Below are positions 1-12,019 of a stretch of DNA of 64,000 bases, piece after piece. The notes below the pieces were generated by a model. The model was given only the letters and a program-made list of their open reading frames with translations, was not told where the DNA came from and made no database searches. The number at the start of each line of letters is the position of its first letter. Position 1 is the stretch's first letter. The stretch spans positions 1,540,457 to 1,604,456 of the forward strand of contig NW_003314279.1 of the NCBI RefSeq assembly GCF_000143415.4, read 5' to 3'. Position numbers and translations under genes: made by a program. This stretch comes from Selaginella moellendorffii. Taxonomy: Eukaryota > Plantae > Lycopodiophyta.

Positions 1-24
1 TGAAAAGGTATGAAAGTAAGAGGA

Positions 25-385
25 ATAAATGAAATATAAAGAAGTATGACACAAGGGGGAGAAGCCTCAAAGTCACACTTGGCATAATTGCACTACAACT
101 AATCCATATTAAGCATGAGGTCAAAAGCTTAAGTCGGCACCACTTATAATAACTACAACCCAAGATTAAGATTGCCCACATGCATAACTATATTTGCCTC
201 ATCCTATGCACATGTATGTGTATGGCTATTGCCATAAAGAATGAAAACTAGCTCCACCGCACAACACAAATGTAAACGGTAACGTGTGGCAATAGGTCGA
301 GCAATAGAAGATAAACTCAAACTTGTATCAACCAACACAGAGAAAATAATAAAAGACCTCTTGTTTAAACATTGGATAAACTAGT
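25..385. repeat. Dispersed degenerate repeat, second copy at about 61076-61450
   Basis: Collinear similarity (gaaatataaagaagtat...agtcacacttggcataattgc...gcaatagaagataaact...aaacattggat) with 61076-61450. Confidence 0.7.
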
Positions 386-1620
386 GTCAAGTGAACCCCT
401 TGATTATACTCCCGAAAGGTCACTGATTTATTCGCATAAGGTCCTTCTATTACTTGTGCAACTCCTCATTTTCCATATGCATCTTGGTGTCCAGACCTTT
501 CACTGGAGCACCACCAAAAGGACATTGTTGATGCCAAAGTCTCCACCCAAGAAATGGACGTTGCTAATCCGGAAAACATTGACAATGCCGATAAATGTGA
601 CCAACTTCATCACACATCCAGGAGCGAACATTATAGCCACGACCATGTCCTCACTCTTATTCTTGAACTCGAGCAGCAACAGCGTCAACCTCCATTAGAA
701 TAGGACTATCTCCCATAGGAAGTGGAGCTGAAAGACGTGCAACGAGAAGTGGAAAAAGCAACATCTCATAACATTGTGCCTAGTGAAGAGCATCATCAAG
801 GGTGGTTGGAGCAAGTGCATGCACAAGTCTTACAAGATCTTAACGAAGTGCTATTTATAACATTCCCAGCTTGATCCATTTTGATATATTTAGCACCGCA
901 CAAAGCAAGAGGCTTCAGAAACAAATACCAAATTGTATCACCAACTTAAATGGCCTTTTATGAAAATGATGCAATTGTTGGAAGGCATCATCATAATCAT
1001 CTGTATGTCCGAATATGCATTTAAAGATGTTCGGGAGAACATTCCAATCCTAACAAGTGGCTGCACTCAACCATTGTACCACTTCAGTGTCGTCCTTTGG
1101 AGATATGTGAGAAACTCACGTAAACTTCGAGCATCATCCCAAGAATGATATGTGGTAATCATTATGAAGTGATCGAACTAATAGTACACATCATCTCTAA
1201 GATTCCCATAAAATAACTCTAATCAAATACGGGGATTGGCACCAAGAGCAGGAGAAGCTATACCACATGCCAGCAGTTGATGCAATTGCTCGATGCTATG
1301 CAATTGCAATTGCAATTGCACAACCAAACTCAATTAATGGCAGTATTTATAGAGTCAAAGAAGGAGGAGACTATTGCTTTGCCATGAAGAGGAATGAAAA
1401 GGAAAGAGCAAAAGAAAAGAAATGAAAAAAGTTAAAAGGAAAGGAGATCTAAACAATGCAAAAACTAAATTTATACCAAAATCCCAAATCCAAACCCTCA
1501 ATGACAATCAAGGGTGCCCCTCACTTCCATTAATATGAGTGCATGGAATAGAAAGGGTATACAAAAAATGCATATCAATTAGCCTAAAGAGCTTAGTTTA
1601 TATATAAAAGCGAGTGGTCA
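385..1620 (-). mobile_element. Degenerate 5' half (partial LTR, leader, gag) of Ty3/gypsy family A, inverted
   Basis: Reverse complement aligns by eye with about 36590-37920 of the full-length element; many stops and C>T/G>A changes. Confidence 0.8.
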
Positions 1621-1699
1621 TACCCACTATATTTCTCATGAAGGTTTGTAAGTTGATTTTGGTAAACTTGTGACTATTCTCAAGTTCCCTACTCCAAAG

Positions 1700-3624
1700 T
1701 ATATAAATGGTATGCAACACTTTTTAGGCAAGGTGTAATATTTTGGCTGTTTCATTGATCATCTTTTTGATTATACTATATCACTATGAGTATCATTGAA
1801 GTTGTCAATGTCATCTTTTATTTGATTTATGGTATGAGTGGGCATTTATAAGAAACCACAAACAAATGGTTTGGTAGAATGGCTCATTCAAACCTTCAAA
1901 AAGGATGATCACGAAATGAACTTTTAGAATTCAAATTGAGAGAGTTATTTGCCATCTCTTTAGTATGCATATGTCATAAAGGTATAGAGTTATGTTGGTG
2001 TTTTACCATATAAACTTCTATATCGTTATGATCCAATATTGCCAACAAAGTTGAGTTTACTTTTGCAATTGCCACAAATTACCGATGCTAGGTCTTGGGA
2101 TTAATATTTAACTAGCATTTTTGCACTTGTTTGAGCAAAGTTTATTGAACATTTGGGCTGTATACAAGTGGGACAATAACAATGCTATAACCCCCATTAT
2201 TATCCACCTATGGAGTACAAAATAAATGACTTAGTCTTAATCTATTTTCCCTATCTCACAGTACGTGATTTGTCTAAGGAGCTCTTTACTTAGTGGAAAG
2301 GTTTTGTGTAAGCAACCAAAGGGAACGACTCGAGAACAATCCATAGGGCTTCAAATATAGAGGGAAAGGGCCCATGAACAAGAGTGCACCCCTTTTTCCA
2401 AACGGTTAAGGGTTTTGGGATATTTGGAGTTAAGCGTCCTTGGGTTTGAATAGTACTGGGTTGGGTGACCTCCCGGGAAGTCCAAAGTCAGGAGTTTACA
2501 TTTGGTATTGGAGCGGTCTCCGGGTCCGACTCTATTGGTTGGCTAGGGGAATCGCACCACATGTTGATTGACATCTGGCTGGTCCAGTTTGCTCTGCTGG
2601 GCTCAACCCGAGGGGTAGGGTGTCAAGAGAGCGGGGCTCTCGGGAGAGCTGCGGCTCTCAGCTTCCGTTCACGAGGGCGTGAACTTGCAGGGAAGCGTGG
2701 TGGATTGTAAGCAACCAAAGGGAACGACTCGAGAACGATCCATAGGGGTTCAAATATAGAGGGAAAGGGCCCATGAACAAGAGTGCACCCCCTTTTCCAA
2801 ACGGTTAAGGGTCTTGGGATATTTGGAGTTAAGCGTCCTTGGGTTTGAATAGTACTGGGTTGGGTGACCTCCCGGGAAGTCCAAACTCATGAGTTTACAT
2901 TTTGCAACAAGTTGAACTGCAAGTTTATGAAGTTTGGCATGACATTCAATAAACTGATCCTCCAGAATTATACATGTGTAGCAACTAAAATGCTTCCTAC
3001 AAAGGGATTAATATAGTATATATGATCATTTGAATATATTGTCATCATGGATCCTTAGAATCATAAGGGATATATAGGGATAAAATAGCCACTAAGGGTT
3101 TTAAGGGAGAAAGATAGAGTGTGTTACAAGAGCAAATGATACGTGTTCAATTTCCATTGATTAGTGGCTACTTAAAATATAATATACCCTAAATAAATAT
3201 AATTTTACCCCTAAAATTGTATTGACCATTGGAACCTTAGGGATATATAAAGATAAATTAGCCATTAAAGGCTCTTTTATTAAACAATTGCTTTTATTTC
3301 AATTGGCTTAAGAAGAGAGAGATAAATTGTATTACAATCAAGAACAATTAATACCACTTATAGCTCCATTAGTGCTTCCTCTTGATATTCCTCCAGATCC
3401 TAGCATATCAACTAGAGAGCTTTGATTGCCTTTTATCCTTTTGAGATGAGGGATGATATGAAGTCCAAATGTACAGTTATAATGCCGTATACTAAATATT
3501 AATAGCTATACATAAGCAGATTTGATAGTTGTTAGATTGGTTTCAATTTGGATTACTTGCTCCTATATATAAACTAGGCTTTTTGGGTTAATTGATATCC
3601 ATTTTTATATTCCATGCACTCATA
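1700..3624 (+). mobile_element. Degenerate 3' half (integrase, PPT, 3' LTR 3457-3624) of Ty3/gypsy family A with nested insertions
   Basis: Aligns with about 39800-40965; PPT gagatgagggatga followed by an LTR ending ttccatgcactcata. Confidence 0.8.
2307..2899 (+). mobile_element. Cassandra TRIM (non-autonomous LTR element with 5S rRNA-like LTRs), intact
   Basis: 194-bp LTRs 2307-2500 and 2706-2899 (TG...CA, about 5 mismatches); tRNA-iMet-type PBS tggtattggagc at 2503; TSD TTTTG at 2302-2306 and 2900-2904; 5S internal promoter region agttaagcgtccttggg...aatagtactgggttgggtgacctcccgggaagtcc at 2428-2483. Confidence 0.92.
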
Positions 3625-6600
3625 GTTTAAATTAAATGAAACTATAGCTTCTATATATAATATAATATCTAATTAATAACTTGTTTATAGAAGTATTTGT
3701 GTGAATCTAAATACCACACTTGCTAAATCTAGACTTGGAAATAGACTAGGTCAAAGATCCAATAAATGAGGTTGCTTTTGCAATTTTTTGGTCAAAGTTT
3801 TTTACAAATAGTATGCAGATTATGTAATATTATATAGAGCATTGTGATAAGAATAGGATTCCTTGGCATGGTCAATTTGATCTGATAGAATAAAAATCAT
3901 TACTTTCTCAAATAGTTTTAACAGATATTTAATATTTAGTGACTTAGAGATTTCATATTAAATCTTATTTATATCAAGCATATACAGATTGTGGAAAGAA
4001 TAAATTAACTAGTAAACCTCTTTATCGAGATGATTTTCTAACTATGTAGGATATCAATAATCTATATAGGAAGTATTTTTTGTTAAATTATCAAATTATC
4101 AACTTAACAAATAAAAAATTAAGTGTAGCACACATGGTTTTTACCTTTTATCCTATAGTGATTTACCATAGGATAACCATGAAGTGAAACCTAAACCCTC
4201 CATGTGCCACATGTTATATGCTACATACCATGTGTCTAAAGGACAATGGTGTGAAACTTAAGTTTCAAAGCCTTGAGCCATTGAATGAAGGTATGGAGTC
4301 AAATTCCTAAACATATAGCCAAGTTGTGATGGAGCTGAACCATGGAGCAACTCTAGAGCATACAACCCAAAGAATGAAGGGATAGGAGTATGAAGTGATT
4401 TGGAACAATTTTAGAGCATCTAACATCCTAATATTAAGATCAACACACAAAATAGAACTAAATGGAGTCTGGTGCTATTTTAGCATGTCGGTGGCTTAAT
4501 GCGAGGACATGGGTATACCACCAACTAGCATAGTATGGGACTTGGGCTTAAACCTAAGCCAGACGTAGAATAAGGATAAAGATTATACCTCAAGTTTGTT
4601 AGCCATGCCCGACCTACTTATTATCCCTATGGAATGTTTCTAGATTGCAGATTTGGACACCACAATCTCTACATTTCGTAAATATGCCAAATAAGCAAAT
4701 TTAGACACTTTCCATAAATAGTAATTAGGACTAACACAAAAGGCATAATAACAAGGGTGTTTAGTAGACACAGTAAGCTATCATTTAGCAAGTATTGAAA
4801 GACCAAACTCAATATCGCAAGGGTTATTGATACTAACAAGTGCAAGCCAATGACACAAGTTTCTCTAACTAAGCCAAGTATGCTCAGTAAGAAACACATA
4901 AGGTTCTTTCCTTATGTTTATCTAATTTAAATGCATGGTCATTGATTAGTTTCTCAACTAGCTCAAGTGGGAGCTGATAATAGGTCCAACAATACTAATC
5001 TCCTATTGTTGTGGCAGTAAGAAAAGAATATTCGAAAGGATTAGTTGACAAATAACTTTCAATACGTGAAGTCATATTTGCGACATTAAGGCATTTCACA
5101 CTAATATAAAAGTCTTTTTCTCATTAGAAAAAAGTATATTTGCAATCGAATGGATTTGTTATTTTAGTAACTTACTACCAAGGTTCATGCAAGGTATTAG
5201 TTAGCTGAAATTTATGAAATCATAGTTTTATTTGAAATCAGAAATATGAAAAGGTAATTGATGGTATAATTTTTACAATAAAAAACATTATCAACTCTCA
5301 AGTAAAATTCAACAAGAATAATCCTCATAAATACCTATACCAGTCACTAACACATGTATATCTGATTTAAAGGAAAATTCAAAAGAGGTTGATGAAATTA
5401 GAAAAAACAAATTTACTAATTTGAGATGAAATAAATATAGTTCCAATACATGCATTTAATGTAGTAGAAATTGTAATATGTGATATTAAAGGTTTTTTTT
5501 GATAAATTTGGTAGAATAACTATTGTAACTAGTGGTGATTTTAGACAAATATTACTTGTGCTCAAAAAGGTTTTTTATTTCCTTATTTTTGCCTTATAAA
5601 TTGCTAAAAATTCCTCTCTTTTTTCTTTTGAGAAGGGAGCTTATTTTAATTTGGACTCATAATCTTCCTCTTTATCCAATACTATATATGGGCAGTTAGA
5701 CTTGTTCATCTTTTAGAAGCTGATTAAAACACAAAAATAGGTTCAACTAATGTTTATGAGTTTAAGTTAATGGTGGTATTAGAGGATGTTTGATAAGTAA
5801 ACTTATAAACAGGATGTAGCATAGTGTTTTGTGCACTATCTAAATCCTTTATTTTAGTTTAAAGTTATATTTTCCAAGTTTAGTTCCAACATTTAAAAGT
5901 TGCACATAGAGTTTCAATTAATTCATTAAGACGTCATACTTAATTAATGTTTATACCATTACTTTGACTTTTATTTCAATTATGGTTATATAGCATATAG
6001 ACCATCCATTTAGGATTGAATTTGGTCCATCTCTTTTTATATAATCATATTTATCTAATGTTTAATTCATTTTAGTGAGGCTACACCTAATAGCATATAA
6101 GACCAAAGTAGAATATCATTAATAAAACTTATATTTCATTGAATGTTGTTTTCTTGTATGTTCCTTTCAAACTCTCAGCTGAATAATATTATAGTCATCA
6201 CTCTAAAGTGAGACTACATTACTTTAATCTCATTGAAATCAAATGAAAAAATATAACAGGTCATAGAAGTCTACCAAAATATTGATACTTGGCTCAAAGT
6301 TTGTTGCACTATACACCCACACCTAAAATCTACACTTTAATATTTTTTTCAAGCTTTCTTGAGATGTCGGTGTGTCTCTCCTGTTTCCAAGTACATTTCC
6401 CCTCATGAGTCGTTGTTGTTGTCTACAACCCTCCCAAGAGCTGGCTGCCAACAAAACCATAATCAAGAGAAGATTTCTAGACCACACATGGTTCCACATA
6501 CATAGTCTGTACTGTGATCAAGTAAAAATCTTAAAAAACATAGAAATCAAACTCAACCAAACACATCCTTTTCTCTCCCTGTCACGACCCATGAAATCAA

Positions 6601-6726
6601 TCGTGATCATCCCCCTGCAAGCCGTTCTTACACCCAAACCTTTGCATTCAAATTCTCTACATGCGACACTGGAATTCCAGGTCGCCCTTGGATCTCCCCA
6701 CGATCCAGTGGCTACGATCGCGCCCT

Positions 6727-8154
6727 CTAGCTATAGCTCCCTTCCTCCTTGATCCTGCCCAAGACTCCATCAACGGCGACCTCGAACGCGTCCGCCCAGC
6801 GACGCCCGGACGAAGACGACGCATACACCAGCCCGGGGAGGATCCGCAGTACCGCCCGCTGCATCCTCCCGATCCTCTCGCGAGAAACTCCCTGGAGCAC
6901 GTCCAAGACATTGGTCCCGTTCTTGACGCTCTGGTGCGGGATGAACACCGAATACTCCTCCGGATCGCGGGGGAGATACAATTCGTACTGCCAGTACGCG
7001 CTCTGATTCCAGAAGAGAACTGGAATGCAGCCGGAGATGAGCGAATCGAAGAGAGACTTGCGCGTGAAGCTATCGCCGCGCGGCTGGAGGCAAAACACCG
7101 AGCTCAAGAACAGCTTGGTGACGCGCAGGGGGTCCGAGGTGCAGCCGGCGGTATCGGCGGTACAGTCAAGGCACCCAGAAATACCGCGCTGCGCCGCGCG
7201 GCACTGCCCGAGAAGGACCTGTCTAAAGTCCGAGCGGTAGCCCGGCCTGGGCGAGCCCGCGAATGCGACCAGGTGTGGCCTCGGGCTGCCCTGGACGAAT
7301 TCTACCCACTGGGCGAGATCCTCGTCGGAGCTGGGATGAAAGCTAGTTGGGTATGGGACGCCCAGCTCGGAATCGTCCCAGGGATTGCGCTCGATCACCA
7401 GGCGCTTGACGCTTCTCATCTCGATCTGGTGGAAGAGGCTGCTGCCCCACTCGCCCGCGGCGCTGGGCATCCTCCGGAAGTCCCAGCTGATCCGCCCGGC
7501 CACCAGGAAGTGATCGGCGCCGCCGCTACGATTGAAATGCGGGTGCTGCCGCTGGAGCCAGTGGAGGAGCTGCTCGCCCAGCGAATCCACATCGCTGGAG
7601 CTCTTGCCGCTCGCCCAGAGGTTCCTGGAGATGTCGAGGCCGGCGTAGAAGGGCACGAAGAACGCGGAGGCGCCGTCTGGATCGAGGGTCCGGCATCTGT
7701 GATCCAGCATTCGCCGGTGGAAGATGATCTCGCCGCTAAACTGATCGGTGGCGTGCCACGATCTCCTGGCCGGCCAGCGATCGGGATCCCTGAAGAGAAA
7801 TTGCCATGCCTTGCTCCAGGGCCACCAGGAGGAGGAAGAGGATGAAGAGATCTTCCCCAGCGGGGGACCGAGGCCCGAATTGGAGAGCGCAGAGCACATC
7901 GATTTCCATGGATTGAGGCTGTCGCAGCTCCGGACGAGCTCCACATTGAATTTCTCCGGGAGATCGTAGACAAACACGAGGCCTTTGGCGCAGTGGAGCG
8001 ATCGATTCGAGACAATCGAATCGATCTGGCTGTGACGTCCCAGAGCGCACGTCTTGTCGATCCGGAGGGGCCCGATGATTGCGAGGAGGAGGAGCTCGGC
8101 GGCCAGGGCCGCCATGGCCAGCGCCACTGTGCTCACCATCGCCTTCCTCGGCAT
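6727..8154 (-). CDS. Exostosin/GT47 glycosyltransferase, xyloglucan galactosyltransferase (MUR3/KATAMARI1-like), intronless
   Basis: N-terminal TM anchor; VFVYDLPEKFN, WHATDQF, FFVPFYAGLD, DHFLVAGRISWDFRR, FCLQPRGDSFTRKSLFDS motifs. Confidence 0.9.
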   Translation of the reverse strand: MPRKAMVSTVALAMAALAAELLLLAIIGPLRIDKTCALGRHSQIDSIVSNRSLHCAKGLVFVYDLPEKFNVELVRSCDSLNPWKSMCSALSNSGLGPPLGKISSSSSSSWWPWSKAWQFLFRDPDRWPARRSWHATDQFSGEIIFHRRMLDHRCRTLDPDGASAFFVPFYAGLDISRNLWASGKSSSDVDSLGEQLLHWLQRQHPHFNRSGGADHFLVAGRISWDFRRMPSAAGEWGSSLFHQIEMRSVKRLVIERNPWDDSELGVPYPTSFHPSSDEDLAQWVEFVQGSPRPHLVAFAGSPRPGYRSDFRQVLLGQCRAAQRGISGCLDCTADTAGCTSDPLRVTKLFLSSVFCLQPRGDSFTRKSLFDSLISGCIPVLFWNQSAYWQYELYLPRDPEEYSVFIPHQSVKNGTNVLDVLQGVSRERIGRMQRAVLRILPGLVYASSSSGRRWADAFEVAVDGVLGRIKEEGSYS

Positions 8155-8603
8155 GGAATGGCCAGGCGATTTGGCAGCGTTCGATCGCGGCCGGGCGTGG
8201 AGGCAGAATGTCCAAGAGATGGAGCGGTTTTATTATGGCGCAATCGCAGCCGTCCAGCGCGGCGTACCCGTGCCTGCTGCTGGCGTTCATACATTCGCAG
8301 GTTGGGTCTTTTTTCGTTGGGAGAAGATTCGACGATCCAACCGTCGAAATAAACGCTAAAGAGCGCACGAGCTCAGTGACTCAGATTCTCTTTTTTGCTT
8401 TTCTACTTGAGGCCTACTTGAGCAGTGCTACCGAAGAAACGAAAAAGTAAAAAGTAAAACGAGAGATCACTCCACCGTCTTGTGTGAACTCGGAAGCGTA
8501 AATTCGTGCTACTGAAGAAACGAAAATGTAAAACCAGTGACGGCTACATTGTCTTGTCTGAACTTGGCATCGTAAATCTCTTGCTCTGGCCACTGGAAAG
8601 AAA

Positions 8604-8675
8604 AGGTCCTACCGGGATTCGAACCCAGGTCGCTGGATTCAAAGTCCAGAGTGCTAACCACTACACCATAGAACC
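8604..8675 (-). tRNA. tRNA-Gln(TTG)
   Basis: GGTTCTATGGTGTAGTGGTTAGCACTCTGGACTTTGAATCCAGCGACCTGGGTTCGAATCCCGGTAGGACCT, 72 nt cloverleaf, followed by a T-rich terminator. Confidence 0.97.
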
Positions 8676-9319
8676 AAGTGAATGTGCAGATTTGCTGCCA
8701 GGGTTTCTCTTGTACGTTGCCCCATTTCTCGGCCAGCGATGGCGCCGCTGGGGGTTCCGTGTTCTTCGCTTGGAGATCTTGCTTGAGAGGAGCTACATTC
8801 CTTCGGGGCAATGTGACTAACCTACAGGAAGTAAGTTCTCTCTTCCTTGTTTTATTGGCTTTGACGGAAGGGCAAACGCCAGGGGGCGCTGTGAATAAGT
8901 ACGTATGGTTCTGGAACCACGCCAATTGTGCGTGCTAGCTCATCGCTAGGGAGTTTCCAAGAGGTAAAAGCTTCTCTGTAGAAAATAAAAATCACTGTAG
9001 AATTTTTCTTCTTCTTTCCAGGTCATGGAGAAAGGCGTTTCGTATGTCCCGTGCATGGATTCGCTTCGCTTGAAAAGCTTTCACTTCGATTTTCACTGCC
9101 AGGACGAGGTAAAATTGAATTCCTTTGCATTGGTGGAGTGTTTTTTTTTTCTTCTTCTCCCTTTATAGTACCAGGATGCTCGTCGAGAGACGCATGCTTG
9201 TACGAGCTAGATTGCATGATAATCAGCGTAAACTAAGGTAAACTAAGGAAATCTGGTTCTCCAGATCTGGAAGCGCTGGTTATCAAAAGCTGGAATTTTT
9301 AATCAGTGATCTCGAGTGA

Positions 9320-10537
9320 ATGGCGGTGCTAGTCGTCGGTGGCTCCGGCTATGTGGGGCTCCATCTTCTCAAGGCTCTGGCGGCCAGATACTCTCCGGAG
9401 AACATCGCTTACACGTACAACTCTCATCCTCCACCACTCTCGGAGCAACTGGGCGTTGGATACCGCGTGGATCTCACGACGGGACAAGGGCTCCAAGATC
9501 TGGCCCTCTCGGTTCATGTAAGTTCGCTTCTTTGGATCGATCGATATATTGATATCCTTCTCTCGCCCTTTCAGCCGAGAGTCGTTGTAAACTGTGCAGC
9601 CATGTCCGTGCCGCGGGACTGCGAAGAGAATCCACAAAAGGCCATGGCGGTCAATGTCCCTCGCGCGCTACTTCGCTATCTAGCGTCTCTACAAACTGGG
9701 GCTCCGCCACTGCTCGTTCACTTCTCCACGGATCAAGGTAAAAGGCCTCCAAAGTTTTTCCAAAACTTTTGTGTTCTTGCTCCAGTGTACGAGGGGATCA
9801 AGCAGTTCTACGTTGAGACCGACGAGACAAAGCCAGTGAACGTCTACGGCCTGTCCAAGGTGGAGGCCGAGTTTCTGATTCGATCGACTTGGAGGAATTA
9901 TGCCATCCTCCGGAGCAGTATAATCTACGGGCCGCAGCCAGTCGTCCACGTACAGAAGCCTCTCCCAGTCCAGGTACGTAAGACGTACGCCTTAGTCTCT
10001 CACGCTCTTTCTCTCGTTTCCAGTGGATGGACATGGCCCTCTCTGCGAGAAAGCCTGTGGATTTCTTCCACGACGAGTACCGGTGCCCGATCTTCATCGG
10101 AGACGTCGTCAAGGTGGTGGCGCTTCTCATTACCCTGTCCGGTAAGAAAGAAAGCGAGTTTCCTCCAAAAGCTTCCTTCTAATGATCTCCTTGTTGGATT
10201 CCAATCTTATCACAGAGCAAAGTGGAGGAGCAATGCAACTAGTGCTCAATCTCGGAGGCCCCGAGAGACTCTCTCGCGCGGAGATGGCTCAAGTCGTGGC
10301 TCGAGTGAAAGGCTACCACCCTTCTTTGATCAATCAAGTTCCGGCTAGCTCGGTAAACGCTTCCATAGAATTTCTTGCTTGATCTTCTCTCGGTCCCTCT
10401 TTCTCTTCCAGGTCGATCGAGGAGTGGCCAGCCCCGCGGATATCTCCATGGACGTGGAAAAGCTTCGGTCAACGCTGGGCATTTGCTTGACGCCGTTTGA
10501 CGAGGGAGTCAGGCAAACGCTCATGTTAGCAGCTTAA
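9320..10537 (+). CDS. RmlD-like NAD(P)-binding protein (MAT2B-like / dTDP-4-dehydrorhamnose reductase-like), multi-exon
   Basis: GGSGYVG Rossmann motif, VVNCAA, HFSTDQ|VYEG, PVNVYGLSK (YxxxK), FFHDEYRCPIF; last exon 10412-10537 VDRGVASPADISMD...*. Confidence 0.85.
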
Positions 10538-10983
10538 ACCTTTTTAATAAAGCCCGTGCGCTTATCATTTCCCTTGCCCGCCGTACACGTGGAATCACCT
10601 GGCTTGCTTGTCACCGTGGATCGTCGCTAGTGGCCGGCCTGACTAGAGAGCTACTAACTAGGCGATTAAATATCCACGGGCACCGGTAACTTGGACATGA
10701 TATTTACCACGTGAGAGGCAACTTTACCTTCTCACTGGCTAGCTAGGTAAGACCGGTCATAAACCGGACAATGTGGACGAGATGTACGGCTCTCCGGGGA
10801 TTGAGATTTGGATTTCTTGCTTGGCATGTTTTGCCAGCGATTAACTGAACTTATCCCGGGTAAGTAAAATAATCGTTTGGCGCCAGAAAACATTCCGTCA
10901 GGTAGGGCATATTCTGATAGCTGCCCATTTGTAGTTTTATCTTAAGGGTGTGTTTTTGTGTTCCTCGATCGATGTTTTTCGAT

Positions 10984-11763
10984 ATGATGCCAGCTCTTGC
11001 CTCTCTCGATCGCCCCTCCTCGCCACCGCTCTGCAAGGAGGAAGATGTGGCATCGCCGGCTATGGAGCTGGCGATGATGGCGCAGTGGCCGAGCTTGAGC
11101 ACAGCGAGCGTCAAGGATTTGGATGGAATTGCTGCTGTTGTTGGGCAAAGGGCGCTCTTTGGAGGAGCTTCTTCTTCTTCCTCTGTGAGTGCTTTGAATG
11201 CTGGCAATGGCGATGGATCATCACAGGCATTGAGCTGTGATCGGAGAATGCAGGTCCCGCCGCTGCTCGAGATTGCGCCGCTCGCGATCGCGTCGAGCTC
11301 TTCATCGTCTCCTCCACCGGAGAAGAGCTCCAGCGCCCCCGCCGGCGCGAGCTCCTCCTCCATTTCCAGCTCGCCCAGGGCGTTTCGTGGAGTGAGGAAG
11401 AGGCCGTGGGGGCGATGGTCCGCGGAGATCCGCGACCGAATTGGGCGATGCCGCCACTGGCTCGGGACGTTCGACACGCCCGAGGACGCCGCCCGCGCCT
11501 ACGACGCCGCCGCTCGCAAGCTCCGCGGCGCCAAAGCTCGCACCAATTTCTCCGTGCCGAGCTCCTCCATCTTCCCACTCCCGCCACTTCCTCATCGGCC
11601 TTCGACACCCTCGCCATCAATCTCATCGCGGGGAGCAGCTCCATCTTCCCCGGCATTGTCATGGCTCGATCTCAAACTCGGGAGCTCCGGGGGATCATCC
11701 TCCCCGAAGCAAAGGCCGAGCGGTGGATTACCTCCCACTCCAAGCAAGCTGGAGCTGGATTGA
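10984..11763 (+). CDS. AP2/ERF transcription factor (ERF084-like), intronless; start codon uncertain
   Basis: [56 protein letters not shown] single AP2 domain; C-terminal LDLKL. Confidence 0.9.
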   Translation: MMPALASLDRPSSPPLCKEEDVASPAMELAMMAQWPSLSTASVKDLDGIAAVVGQRALFGGASSSSSVSALNAGNGDGSSQALSCDRRMQVPPLLEIAPLAIASSSSSSPPPEKSSSAPAGASSSSISSSPRAFRGVRKRPWGRWSAEIRDRIGRCRHWLGTFDTPEDAARAYDAAARKLRGAKARTNFSVPSSSIFPLPPLPHRPSTPSPSISSRGAAPSSPALSWLDLKLGSSGGSSSPKQRPSGGLPPTPSKLELD

Positions 11764-12019
11764 AAAGAACAAAAGCAGGATCCATCTCTACACAAAAGCC
11801 TAGAGAGGTTTTTTTCTTTCAGGTCTCTCCAGGAAGTACCACTGAGCTAAAAGACAGGAGAGCTAGATTCGATCAATTTTTACTGTCTGTGCACGAATAT
11901 ATTTTACGAATCTGGGCAGACGTCCTCTCCCTATCAATCCAGTTTCTTTTCTCTCCCTCTCTTTTATAAATTATGAAACCATTGATCATCTATATACCTT
12001 TAGAGAAAATGGTCGCATT

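Noticed and set aside
2428-2483. 5S rRNA genes at about 2430, 2830, 58740, 62530 and 62900
   Set aside because: Only the internal promoter segment is present, embedded in TRIM LTRs; the 5' part of 5S is missing
6661-7845. 394-aa ORF antisense to the GT47 gene, and similar shadow ORFs over the ERF, OPT and FtsH4 genes
   Set aside because: Expected by-product of high GC3 codon usage; no recognisable motifs
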